DNA of 64,000 nucleotides from Octopus vulgaris (lineage: Eukaryota). Where the stretch lies: the NCBI GenBank assembly GCA_951406725.2, contig OX597824.1:90272001-90336000 (forward strand), given 5' to 3'. Shown here one piece after another: positions 24,373-37,678 of the stretch. A model generated the notes under the pieces. It was not told the DNA's origin, ran no database searches, and saw only the letters and a program-made list of their open reading frames with translations. Each line of letters begins with the position of its first letter. Position 1 is the first letter of the stretch. The translations under genes and the position numbers were made by a program.

Positions 24373-25777
24373 GTGAGTGGAAGTTCTGCTTATTTATTGT
24401 TAAGTAAACCTTTGCCGGTGGCACATAAAAAGTACCATCCAAACGTGACCGATGCCAGCACCGCCTTGACTGGCTCCCGTGCCGGTGGCATGTAAAAAGC
24501 ACCAACCAATCGTGGCTGTTGCCAGCCTCCCCTGGCACCTGTGCCGGTGGTGTGTAAAAAGCACCATCCGAATGTGGCACATAAAAAACACCCACTACAC
24601 TCACGGAGTGGTTGGCATTAGGAAGGGCATCCAGCTGTAGAAACCTTGCCAGATAAGACTGGAGCCTGGTACAGCCTCTTGGCTTCCCAGACCCTGGTCG
24701 AACTGTCCAACCCATGCTAGCATGGAAAGCGGACGTTAAACGATGATGATGATGATGACCCCCCCCCCCATCGTTGTTATAATTGGCAAAATGGTGATAT
24801 TGTTACTGGTGCTTACTGATGCTGCTGTTATTATTTAGCCCCATGCCAGCAGGATCTATGGTCAAATGTATTCCAAGTGTGACTTTTCCTTCTGATTAAG
24901 GATACTCAAAACTACATTGTGCCATGCGTCCTTATTCAAAATGATTAGAGAAATTTTTAGGTTGTTATTTCCAGCAGCTCAATCAAACGTGTAGGGCAGC
25001 CATGGACAAACTGATGCCAGTGGACCTTTCTAAATGGCACACCTGACAAAAAATTACCTGGAATTTTTTTGTCATGTAACCCACTTCTCAAAATCCGTCA
25101 GACCATGTCTAATGCAGATGTTACATGGCTGCTGTTTCTATTTTTTCTGTTGGTCTTGATGTCTCTCGTGCAGTAGTTGACAATGCTTCGTCATTGCCTA
25201 TATTTTGTCCCCTTCTGCCGTTGATAGCTCTATCATCATTCTCTTTAATGTCATTATTGCTGTTCTGCCCCCATCATTTTTTTATAATTTTAGAGAGATT
25301 TGGATACTTTGATAAAATCAGATTTGATCAAATAAGCACCTGTCAAAAGTATTGCCCTCGATCCTAGTGACTTCATGCAAGGAGTGCTCCAGCGTGGTCA
25401 CAGACATGTGAATGAAACTAGGAAAACAAGAGGCTTGGAAAGTTAATGAAGACACTGAGTCCGTCCATAAGATATGACGAGATCAAATACATTAGTAACA
25501 TTGCATTACCTCCCCTTTTACTCTTAGCACACATAAAATTACTTCAAGAACGCCTGGATTAGCTCCCTTATCTCTTCCACTATCAGAATGTAGTCGGCTT
25601 TAAGTAGAAAACTCTAATTTTAGAGGACAGTGCTGTTGACAGATTTAAAACTCTCCTAAATCCTTTCGAACTGGGGAGGCAGGACACTTGTCCAGTTTTC
25701 GTCTCGTCCAAAGGAAATTTTAGTTAAACAAATGATTCGAAATTGGATTCTATGTATTACTCTATATTAAGCTTCTA

Positions 25778-26200
25778 GGATCTTTTCGGTTTGAACGGCA
25801 GTTTTTTCTAGCGGTGTCATATGAAATTGTCACCCATAATTATGACTCCAGTATCGATCTATTGCATTTCAATCTCTTTTAGGGTTAGGGGTGGGGGGAA
25901 GGGTATCTTTTTTCTTCTTCAGAAATGTAAATAAACCCAATCTGTTTCTTAAACGAGGGACATTTTCATACGGCACAGAATGGTTTTTTTTTACCTCAAT
26001 AGACGCCCATTGATTGGTTGAAATTGCAGAAATTTAAGAAAAAACAACAACAAATATCTTACAAACTATAGAATTTTCTCAATAAAGCCAAGAGAAAAAG
26101 ATGTTTTATAAACACGTTCTACCAGTATATGAAGTTTAAAAGTGTTTAGTTACATGGAAAGTATCTTAAAAAACTGCCGTTCAAACCGAAAAAACCCCCC
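25778..26200. mobile_element. MITE, Merlin-like, second copy
   Basis: Same TIRs and body as 19780-20193; TSD AGCTTCTA/AGTTTCTA. Confidence 0.8.
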
Positions 26201-26657
26201 AGTTTCTACATCGATTTTCCTATGGCTAACCCCAGTAAGAAGTGAATTTCTTTTGCATTGATTTGTTCTTTCCCTTTATTCCCCAACTGTGAATTATTAG
26301 TGACACTTTTACTGTATTTATTTTGTAAAGGTATTCTATGATAAAAGAACCATATTCAGCTTCCTTTAAGCTGAAATTTTTGCTTCTCTCATGCACACAC
26401 GTTATTTATGGGAATCTTATTACATGAAATTTCGAATGTAAAGGCAGTTTAAATTCTCCCCTATTTGTGATAGGGCAATGGTGAAGAAGTTCAATTTTCA
26501 ATCATGGGTTTCCATAAAATAATCAAGCACTGGGGTGGGTGTAATTTACTAGTCCCCACTACCCCAAAATTTCAGGCCTTGTGCCTAGGGTTGGAAAGAA
26601 TTATTATTGTCGTGTGTTTATTGTCTTGAATTAACATTCCTATTCTATCAATTGCAG

Positions 26658-26764
26658 GATCGTCCATTGTGGCTTACAATCGAACCGCGCAGCCTGTGAA
26701 AGAAGTCACCCCACGAAGGTCCTTAAATTTAGAAGACTACAAGAAGCGGCGAGGTTTAATATAA
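26658..26764 (+). CDS. RTF1: RTF1 last coding exon ([34 protein letters not shown])
   Basis: ttgcag acceptor; conserved C-terminus [16 protein letters not shown]; TAA at 26762-26764. Confidence 0.97.
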
Positions 26765-27579
26765 CATTGTGTGAATGGGGGTGGTCGAGTGAGCCTGTTG
26801 CCAGCAGGCACTTTGTATGATAAAAACAAAACAAAAAAAATCAAAAAGAAAAAAAAAACATTACTAGACTTTTGGTAGATGTGTTTTTTTTTTTTTTTAA
26901 AATTCTTTTTCCAAATTTCCAGTTGACTTTTCTGGTTGAAGTTGATTTTTTTTTTTCCAGATATCATAATTGTGCCATCATTTCCTCATATATATATGTA
27001 TACACACACACAGATATGTGTATGTATAATGTGTGTGTGTGTGTGCATGAATGTATGCATATATACACATGTATATATGCATGTACTTCTATTTATATAT
27101 ATATGGATATATATATATATAAATGTGTATATGTATACCCATACATGAATGTGTGCATATTTTTATATACATCTTAATGTATGTATGTGCATATATATGT
27201 GTGTGCATACATGTATGGGTGTATATATATATATATAAAAATGTGTATATGTGTGCATTTGTGCGTATGTTTATATACATCTTAACATATATATGTATAT
27301 ATGAATGTACATATGTATATGCATATATGTATACATCCTGCCTCTTCCACTTGTACATTAATTTGACCATCAAAAACTGTATATCATCCACCCACCTACC
27401 TGACCCCATAACCCATCAACCAGATTAATTAAAAAAGGGTCAATACACCCATAAACCTATCTGTTTTGCCATTTAGTTTTATTGTTCTGTGATAAGGGTT
27501 TCAGGTTTACAAGTGCAACGCTGTCTGCTGGACCAGATTGCTTTCTCTGGGATTATTGATGTCCTGTTAATCCCTTAAC

Positions 27580-27793
27580 TCTTTAGTGTTTAAACCGGCT
27601 GTATCCAGCCCAGAATATTCTACACATTTTATGCTCAAACTGGTCAGAACCAGCATCTCACACCTACCCTGCAATGTCATTCTAAAAATAAACAATTACA
27701 TCTTTCAAATCTTGAAGCTACAAGATAATACCAGATTAATATTTTAAAATGTAAATGAATAAGGATTACTTTTGACATATTAACACTAACGGG
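27580..27793. mobile_element. piggyBac-like MITE (second family; partial reverse copy ~28230-28403)
   Basis: TTAA flanks; imperfect TIR CTCTTTAGTGTT / AACACTAACGGG. Confidence 0.6.
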
Positions 27794-28969
27794 TTAATCA
27801 GTCCTAATTGACCAATCCAGTCATGACCTTCCTCTTTTGATTTTGTTTTTCTTTTAGGAGTAGTGTACCATAATCTTTATTATTGAGTGTCCTTATTTGT
27901 TTTTTAAAGGTGTTTCGTTGTGGTTTCAAGGAGATCTGGCTGCTATTTCTAGCCGGCTGATCCCTCAATCATTTCTACCTGCTCCCTAATTGGCTCACCT
28001 GAGCTGCTGTTTGATGGTAGTGCTGGTGTTTATGATGCTGCTGATTATACTGTTGTTTATGATGAAGTAACCTGGTGTCATTGTATGAGAGAAAGTTGTG
28101 GCGAAAGAGTCAGCAGAAGTTCACCATTACCTTCTGCCGGAGACGCGTGGAGCTCAGGTGTTTCACTCATAAACACGCACATTGCCCGGTCTGAGATTTG
28201 AACCCGTGATCCCTGTGCCTTCACCTCTGTCAAAAGTAATGTTTGTTTAGAATTAATCATGCATTGTCATGAAGCTTTGAGATTTTAATGATGCAATTGC
28301 TTGTTTTCAGAATGACATTGTAGGGTAGGTGTGAGAGGCTGGATCTGGCTGGTTTGAACCCACAGAAGGTAGTATATTTTGGCTTGATGTGGCCAAAGGG
28401 TTAAAACTTGTCAAATATGCCAGCAGCAAACCAGGGATGCCAAAACATCTGAAAATTCCATGGCTTTCAAAAAGGCCAAATTCTTTATTGCCTTCAATGA
28501 TGGAACAGGAAAAAATGGCTTCTGTTTTACAAGGAGTTGATGACTAAGAGGAAGGAAGCCATCTTAGAGGAGGTCGACTGAAACTGCTGCAGTTATTTGG
28601 CTGAGTCATTATGAAGTTTGCTTTGCAATCCTGGGTCCTTGGTTCAATTCCATTGTCTGGCATCTGGGACAAATGTGGTTTTTTTTTTTTCGATTTTATC
28701 ATAAAATAATCTCAGCTTGTGAACGGAATTTTGATAGGGAAATTGTGTGGAAGCTTCACAGCTGGATTGTACAGGTCATTCAACGAGCTGCCATCTTGTA
28801 TGTTGTGTCATTGACTTTTGCTACAGAATCACATCCGTGGAATACTCAGCCATATACTATTTTAACAAGATGATTAAACAATTGAATGTTCCAGAGAGTT
28901 CAAAGACATCAGGAAAAATTTAAGTTAACATACTTAATGTATGAAGAATTAAAAGATATTAACAGCAAA

Positions 28970-29880
28970 TCATCATCATCATCGTTTAACATCCATTTTC
29001 CATGCTAGCTTGGGTTGGACGGTGCGACTGAGGTCTGGGAAGCCAGGAGGCTGCACCAGGCCCCAGTCTGATCTGGCAGTGTTTCTACGGCTGGATGCCC
29101 TTCCTAACGCCAACCACTCAGTGAGTGTAGTGGGTGCATTTTACATACCACCGGCACAGGTGCCAGGGGAGGCTGGCAGCGGCCATGATTGGTTGGTGCT
29201 TTTTACGTGCCACTGGCACAGAAGCCAGTCAAGACGGCGCTGGCATCGGCCACGTTCGGATGGTGCTTTTTACGTGCCACAGGCATAGGTATCACAACAA
29301 CAATTTCCATTTGGTATTTATTTTGATGTTGATGTACTTGACTCAATAGGTCTCCTCAAGCACAGCAGGTCACCCTACGATCCAAGGTAAGCACAGCAGG
29401 TCGTTCTGCGATCCAAAGTACTTTGGATGGGCTGGGGCTATTTGAAACTGGTGCAGGAAGCAGCCATGAACTCATTATTTGTCGGGTCTTTGCAGTCACA
29501 GCATATCTCCAGAGATCTCGGTCTTTCGTCATTGCCTCTGTGAGGTCCAACGTTGGAAGGTCATGCTTGACCACCTCATCCCATGTCTTCCTGGGTCTAC
29601 CTCTCCCCCAGATACCTTCAACTGTTTGGGAGTGACACTTCTTCACACATCTCTCCTCATCCATCCGCAGTACATGACCATACCAGTGCAAACGTCTCTC
29701 TTGCACACCACATCTGATGCTTCTTATGTCCAGCATTTCTCTCAGGGAACTTACACTCTGTCGTGTGTGCACACTGACATTACACATCCAGCGGATCATG
29801 CTAGCTTCATTTCTTTCAAGCCTACGCATGTCCTCTGCAGTCACAGCCCATGTTTCACTACCGTGAAGCATGGCACATTT
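28970..29880 (-). mobile_element. 5'-truncated RTE LINE: ORF C-terminus, 3' UTR and (GAT)n tail
   Basis: ORF 29356-29871 reads LHGSETW...RLERNEASMIRWMCNVS...RRLHWYGHVLRM...RGRGRPRKTW...DRDLWR, a typical RTE C-terminus. Confidence 0.9.
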
Positions 29881-29899
29881 TACAAAGTAATCTGAAAGC

Positions 29900-30175
29900 T
29901 AAAGGGTCAAGTCACAAACCCTATCATTCTAAAGGGTCAAGTCACAAACCCTATCGTTCTAAAGGGTCAAGTCACAAACCCTATCGTTCTAAAGGGTCAA
30001 GTCACAAACCCTATCGTTCTAAAGGGTCAAGTCACAAACCCTATCATTCTAAAGGGTCAAGTCACAAACCCTATCATTCTAAATGGTCAAGTCACAAACC
30101 CTATAATTCTAAAGGGTCAAGTCACAAACCCTATCGTTCTAAAGGGTCAAGTCACAAAGCCTACCATTCTAAAGA
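29900..30175. repeat. 30-bp minisatellite, ~9 copies (TAAAGGGTCAAGTCACAAACCCTATC(A/G)TTC)
   Basis: Direct tandem units visible with a 30-nt period. Confidence 0.95.
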
Positions 30176-30849
30176 GAGAAGGTTAAACTGGTCAGTACAT
30201 TGTCATTGAATGTCCATTTTCCATGCTGGCATGGGTTGGACAGTTTGACAAGAGCTGGCAAATTAGAGGACTGTGATATTTCTGCTGCCCGACACCCTTC
30301 CTAATGCCAACCACTTCAGAGAATGTAATGGGTGTTTTGTATGTGACACCAACACCAAGTAATAAAATGACGTCAAAGAAGTTAAAAGTCGGGATGGCCA
30401 TAGCTGGATTGCTTTTGCTCAGCTGGAATAGGCCATAGCTGGGATTAAATGATATCACTGCCATATGACAACTCTGGAAGATTATGTTCTGAGTTCAAAT
30501 TCCACTGAGGTCGACTTTGCTTTTTCTTCTTTTCAGGGGTCAATAAAGTACCAGCTGTATACTTAGGTCAATGCAATCGATTGATCCTACCCACCACAAA
30601 ACTTGCTGGCCTTGTACCAGAATTTGAAATCAATGTGTGATCAATACAAGATGAAAATATAATCAGTGGCAGTACAAGAATACTACCCCTTTAACTGCCA
30701 TCACCACACCAACAACTACCCCAACTACAACAGATACTGCTAACATCGACAGCACAACCACTACTGTGCCAATACTATAATTATGGTTAACTCCTCAATA
30801 ACCACTACTACTACAACTCATACCACAACACAACTATTACACTACAACT

Positions 30850-33245
30850 ACCAGAACAGCAATCACACCACTGTCACAACTACCACAACAGCAATGACAC
30901 CACCATCACAACTACCACAACAGCAATTACACCACTGTCACAACTACCACAACCACAATCACGCTACCATCACAACTACCACAACAGCAATCACACCACC
31001 GTCACAACTACCACAACAGCAATGACACCACTGTCACAACTACCACAACCACAATCACGCTACCATCACAACTACCACAACAGCAATCACACCACCGTCA
31101 CAACTACCACAACAGCAATCACACCACTGTCACAACTACCACAACAGCAATCACGCTACCATCACAACTACCACAACAGCAATCACACCACCGTCACAAC
31201 TACCACAACAGCAATTACACCACTGTCACAACTACCACAACAGCAATCACGCTACCATCACAACTACCACAACAGCAATCACACCACCGTCACAACTACC
31301 ACAACAGCAATGACACCACTGTCACAACTACCACAACCACAATCACGCTACCATCACAACTACCACAACAGCAATCACACCACCGTCACAACTACCACAA
31401 CAGCAATCACACCACTGTCACAACTACCACAACAGCAATCACGCTACCGTCACAACTACCACAACAGCAATCACACCACCGTCACAACTACCACAACAGC
31501 AATGACACCACCATCACAACTACCACAACAGCAATCACGCTACCATCACAACTACCACAACAGCAATCACACCACCGTCACAACTACCACAACAGCAATG
31601 ACACCACCATCATAACTACCACAACAGCAATCACACCACCGTCACAACTACCACAACAACAATCACACCACTGTCACAACTACCACAACCACAATCACGC
31701 TACCATCACAACTACCACAACAGCAATCACACCACCGTCACAACTACCACAACAGCAATCACACCACTGTCACAACTACCACAACCACAATCACACCACC
31801 ATCACAACTACCACAACAGCAATCACACCACCGTCACAACTACCACAACAGCAATCACACCACCGTCACAACAGCAATGACACCACCATCACAACTACCA
31901 CAACAGCAATCACACCACCGTCACAACTACCACAACAGCAATCACACCACTGTCACAACAACCACAATCACACTACCGTCACAACTACCACAACAGCAAT
32001 CACACCACCGTCACAACTACCACAACAGCAATCACGCTACCATCACAACTACCACAACAGCAATCACACCACCGTCACAACTACCACAACAGCAATGACA
32101 CCACCATCACAACTACCACAACAGCAATCACACCACTGTCACAACTACCACAACCACAATCACACTATCGTCACAACTACCACAACAGCAATCACACCAC
32201 TGTCACAACTACCACAATTACAATCACACTATCGTCACAACTACCACAACAGCAATCACACCACTGTCACAACTACCACAACCACAATCACACAACCGTC
32301 ACAACTACCACAACAGCAATCACGCTACCATCACAACTACCACAACAGCAATCACACCACCGTCACAACTACCACAACAGCAATCACGCTACCATCACAA
32401 CTACCACAACAGCAATCACACCACCGTCACAACTACCACAACAGCAATCACACTACCATCACAACTACCACAACAGCAATCACACCACTGTCACAACTAC
32501 CACAACAGCAATCACACCACCGTCACAACTACCACAACAGCAATCACACTACCGTCACAACTACCACAACAGCAATCACACCACCGTCACGACTACCACA
32601 ACAGCAATCACACTACCCGTCACAACTACCACAACAGCAATCACACCACCGTCACAACTACCACAACAGCAATCACACCACCATCACAACTACCACAACA
32701 GCAATCACACCACCGTCACAACTACCACAACAGCAATCACGCTACCATCACAACTACCACAACAGCAATCACACCACCGTCACAACTACCACAACAGCAA
32801 TCACACTACCGTCACAACAGCAACCATACCACCGTCACAACTACCACAACAGCAATCACACTACCGTCACAACTACCACAACAGCAATCACACCACCGTC
32901 ACAACTACCACAACAGCAATCACACCACCGTCACAACTACCACAACAGCAATCACACCACCGTCACAACTACCACAACAGCAATCACGCTACCGTCACAA
33001 CTACCACAACAGCAATCACGCTACCATCACAACTACCACAACAGCAATCACACCACCGTCACAACTACCACAATAGCAATCACGCTACCATCACAACTAC
33101 CACAACAGCAATCACACCACCGTCACAACTACCACAACAGCAATCACACTACCGTCACAACTACCACAACAGCAATCACACCACTGTCACAACTACCACA
33201 ACAGCAATCACACCACCGTCACAACTACCACAACAGCAATCACAA
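30850..33245. repeat. 32-bp minisatellite, roughly 75 copies (CACAACTACCACAACAGCAATCACACCACCGT)
   Basis: Tandem units; the 32-aa periodicity of the overlapping ORFs equals three units. Confidence 0.95.
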
Positions 33246-35776
33246 GTGCCACAACACAGCTATGACAACACTACAATACATCTATCACAATAATGACACT
33301 ACAACCAGCTCCTATACTACCATCATTACTACAACACTGACACTAATCACCACAAGAACTACATCCACAGATACATCACTACCACCACCTTCTACACTAC
33401 ACTACTACCCATACCACCTCTGAGATGATTGTCAGTGAGTGAGAAAGAGAGACAGAGAGAGGCTGTGGAGAAGACAACAATCAGTGGAGTTGATTAGTTG
33501 AACTGTAAAACGCGGTCAGTGTGAAATTGGCAGTGAGAGACGTGAGATTGGCGTTAGCTGGTGGTGGTAGAGGTGTTGGTGGTGGTGGTAGTTAACTTTG
33601 GTTGTAGCAGTGGTGGTAATGCCATTAATGTTGTTGGTAGTAGTAGTAGCGGTGGTGGTGGTAGTAGTAGTGGTTGTTGTAGGTGGGTAATGGTAGGTGT
33701 ACGTTGGTGGTAGTTGTGTTGTTTTTATTGTTGTTGGTAGTATTGGTTGTAGTAGTAGTGGTGGTGTTCGTAGTAGTAGTGGTGGTGGTGGTGGTGGTGG
33801 TGGTAGTAGGTGGGTAATGGTGAGTGTAAGTTGGTGGTAGTTGTGATGTTTTTATTGTTGGTAGTATTGGTTGTAGTGGTGGTTGTGGTGTTGGTGATAG
33901 AGTAGTGTCAATAATAGATTTAGTGTTGTTTAACCCTGGGTCAGTCCTGAATGAGCTAACCTGTGATCAAAAGCTTTCCATTCATGACCATCCAGTGCCC
34001 TTTATCAAAAATGGGTTCAGAGGGAAATTTGGCTGCTATTTCTGGCAGGTCAAGCAACCTTCTAGAAGTTCCCTCATTGGTTTGAGGGTGAAATGTGTGA
34101 TGTTGTAGACTTTGTTGTGCTCAATGTTCACCTCAATATTAATAGGTACCATGGGGAGGTATAATTTACATTTTACATTAGGTTGATATTATTTAACTTT
34201 AGGTCAGCTGTGATAGAGCAAACCTATTTAAAGCCTTCCATCCTCGACCATTCCATCATTCTAAAGTAATAATGAATACTTTATCCAAGTAATTTGAAGG
34301 AAATTTGGCTGGTTTTTCATCATCGTCACCAGGAGGCCCAATGGTTAGGGCAGCAGACTCGCAGTTTCGATTCCCAGACCGGGCGTTGTGTGTGTTTATT
34401 GAGCGAAAACCCTAACGTTCCACGAGGCTCCGGCAGGGGGTGGTGGCGACCCCTGCTGTACTCTTTCGCCCCAGCTTTCTCTCACTCTTTCTTCCTGTTT
34501 CTTGTCCCCGATTTCCTACGCAACTGCTGAGCCTGGATGCGCATTCATCCATCCGTCGATGCTCTCGGTGTCGGGGGTTGACCTGCTTTCTCTTCTGCGG
34601 ATCTTACGAATAGCAAAGGACCACGTTTCGGACTTCTCCCATCTTGCGAGCTCCGGGACGAAGACTGTTCGCTCAACAGTCAATAGTCATTGTCACCAAG
34701 CTGAAGAAAACACCTACCTTGAGTTACACACTGCAGCCGTTTCTGCACCTCTTTGCCTCAACATTGCACCACCTCATGGTACCTATTTACTGCGAAAGAT
34801 ATTGATAGCTCAGTGAACGAAAACTTAGGCTATCTCTAGAAACTATTGTGAAGTTTTTAATTCAATGAAAGAGCACAGTGAGTGAGGGGTAATGTTGATC
34901 AGATTTGACAAGGAAAAAAATAGGGGGACCATGTGTTTTGATGTAATATGAAATCAGCCCTTCTTTGACAAGGGCCACAACTTGAAACCCTGCACCCCAA
35001 TTTATTCATTTTATGACACACCCATGTATATCTATTTCTTTACTACCCACAAGGGGCTAAATACAGAAGGGACAAACGGATTTAATTTATTATATTGACC
35101 CCAGTGCGTAACTGGTACTTATTTAATCCACCCCAAAAGGATGAAAGGCAAAGTCAACCTCGGCAGAATTTGAACTCAGAACATAAAGAGAGACGAAATT
35201 CCGCTAAGCATTTCGCCCGGCGCGCTAACGATTCTGCCACCTCGCCATATACCGCTTCAGTTTTTGCTGTCCTCACTGTCAGTCAAAAATAACAAGGAGC
35301 CTGTACTTGGTCATTCTATCTGCTAGAAACAGCTGTTAAATCATACTCTTCTTCATTCCATATAGAACCCAGGGTACAAACAAGACGTCTCCATTTGTCT
35401 TGATCTTCAGCAAGGGATTGCAGTTGTCCCCAGGTGTCGCTACCTGCCAGTTCTGTGGAAGTTCTCCATGTTTTTGGACCGCCGTGCTTGTGTCTCCTTT
35501 GGGGTGGCCATCAGAAGGCTTGCCTCTTATAATGCTGAACCACTAAGTTACAGGGGCGTAAACAAACCAACAACAGTTGTTGAGGTAGTTAGGGACAAAC
35601 AACATGAAAAAATATGACAGGCGCACACACACACACACACACATGACGGGCTTCTTTCAGTTTCCGTCTATCAGATCCAGTCACAAAGCTTTGGCTGGCC
35701 CAAGACTATAGTAGAAGTCATGATAGATCGTTAGCCACTACACACATATTTTTCTCTCCTTGTTTTTTTTGTGTCC

Positions 35777-35812
35777 CTTTCTGTAGAAGAGCGTAGGCTC
35801 GAAACGTAAAAG
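35777..35812 (+). ncRNA. Hammerhead-like motif with variant core CUGUAGA (related copy at 62018-62053)
   Basis: CUUU-CUGUAGA-A-GAGC(guag)GCUC-GAAAC-GUA-AAAG. Confidence 0.5.
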
Positions 35813-36546
35813 ACCTTTTCTATTCCTGAGCGTTATACTAATACATCTGTTTGTTTTGTACACCACCTGCCTTCGTCTTTTGGGGTTTTTTTTCGTAAAC
35901 TCTCCCGTGGTAAGTAGCTTGTTTACCAACCACATGGTTCTGGGTTCAGTCCCACTGCGTGGCACCTTGGGCAAGTGTCTTTTACTATAGCCTCGGGTCG
36001 ACCAAAGCCTTGTGAGCGGATTTGGTAGACGGAAACTGAAAGAAGCCCGTCGTATATATGTATATATATATATGTGTGTGTCTGTGTTTGTCCCCCTAGC
36101 ATTGCTTGACTACCGATGCTGGTGTGTTTATGTCCCCGTCACTTAGCGGTTCGGCAAAAGAGACCGATAGAATAAGTACTGGGCTTACAAAAGAATAAGT
36201 CCCGGGGTCGAGTTGCTCGATTAAAGGCGGTGCTCCAGCATGGCCGCAGTCAAATGACTGAAACAAGTAAAAGAGTATAGCAGAAGATACTTGCCCAGGG
36301 TTCCACACAGAGGTATTGAACCCGAAACCATGTGGTTGGTTGGAAAACAAACCTTTTATCACGCAACTGCGCCTGCGCCTACGATAAAAAAAACACTTTT
36401 ACGAAGGACGTCCTCTGCCTCCTCACACGCGCACACATAACAAAGCTGCTTTTGTAAACATTGGCTTCCAAGATAAAACGAAACGCATACTCGAGTCGCC
36501 ACTCACACAAACAGGCGATATCACTGGCTTCACACTCTGCTGCTAC

Positions 36547-36582
36547 TTATGAAATGTCGAGCGTTACAGAGTGAAAAGCTTC
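36547..36582 (-). CDS. Putative last coding exon of an unknown minus-strand gene (EAFHSVTLDIS*)
   Basis: ttttctcatttggtaccag acceptor, phase 0; GTGAGT donor downstream at 36506. Confidence 0.27.
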   Translation of the reverse strand, partial: EAFHSVTLDIS

Positions 36583-36758
36583 CTGGTACCAAATGAGAAA
36601 AATACTGCCACAAGAAAATGTCTGTTGTTATCAGTCAAGTATTGTTTGTGCTGTTGTGGTTGTTGTTGTTGTGCTTTAGTGATGAGATAGCATTGGTTAC
36701 GGTGGTGGTGGTGGTGGTGGTGGTAGTTGTAAGATTAGTGGTATGCTAGTCGTAATGA

Positions 36759-37525
36759 AAGGCGGCGAGGAGCTGGCAGAATCGTTAGCACGCCGGGCGA
36801 AATGCTTAGCAGTATTTCGTCTGCCGCTACGTTCTGAGTTCAAATTTCGCCGAGGTCGACTTTGCCTTTCATCCTTTCGGGGTCGATAAATTAAATACCA
36901 GTTCCGCACTGGGGTCGATGTAATCGACTTAATACCTATGTCTGTCCTTGTTTGTCCCCTCTGTGTTTAACCCCTTGTGGGTAATAAAGAAATAGGTATT
37001 TCGTCTGCCGCTACGTTCTTAGTTCAAATTCCGCCGAGGTCGACTTTACCGTTCATCCTTTCGGGATCGATTAAATAAGTACCAGTTACGCACTGGGGTC
37101 GATATAATCGATTTAATCCGCTTGTCTGTCCTTGTTTGTCCCCTCTGTGTTTAGCCCCTTGTGGGCAGTAAAGAAATAGGTATTTCGTCTGCCGCCACGT
37201 TCTGGGTTCAAATTCCGCCGAGGTCGACTTTGCCTTTCATCCTTTCGGGGTCGATAAATTAAATACTAGTTACGCACTGGGTCGATGTAATCGACTTAAT
37301 CTGTTTGTCTGTCCTTGTTTGTCCTCTCTGTGTTTAGCCCCTTGTGGGTAGTAAAGAAATAGGTATTTCGTCTGCCGTTACGTTCTCAGTTCAAATTCCG
37401 CCGAGGTCGACTTTGCCTTTCATCCTTTCGGGGTCGATAAATTAAGTACCAGTTAATCGACTTAATCCATTTGTCCTTGATTGTTCCCTCTGTGTTTAGC
37501 CCCTTGTGGGTAATAAAGAAATAGG
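36759..37525 (+). mobile_element. tRNA-derived SINE family B tandem array (head plus 3 headless ~183-bp units)
   Basis: A box TGGCAGAATCG, B box GTTCAAATTCC, central GCCTTTCATCCTTTCGGGGTCGATAAATTAAGTACC repeated. Confidence 0.88.
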
Positions 37526-37678
37526 TATGTTAGTTGTAATGTTGAGGAGTTAGTGTGAGGCTGTTTCGCTGGAGATAAAACTCTAATCAAGAATACCTAT
37601 GAGATAATCGAAAATATTCCGGCCGTGACCATCCTGTCGTTCCTATGTTAATGAAAATCAATATTGCATAATCTAGAG

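Noticed and set aside
29900-30175. CRISPR-like 30-bp periodicity
   Set aside because: Units are contiguous with no unique spacers, and the context is eukaryotic
32095-33423. 442-aa Thr/His/Gln-rich ORF resembling a mucin
   Set aside because: It is a by-product of a stop-poor 32-bp minisatellite whose unit is not a multiple of 3; no signal peptide or splice support
34717-34789. Selenocysteine read-through in the frame NRYHEVVQC*GKEVQKRLQ
   Set aside because: No SECIS or homology seen; a single TGA is expected by chance
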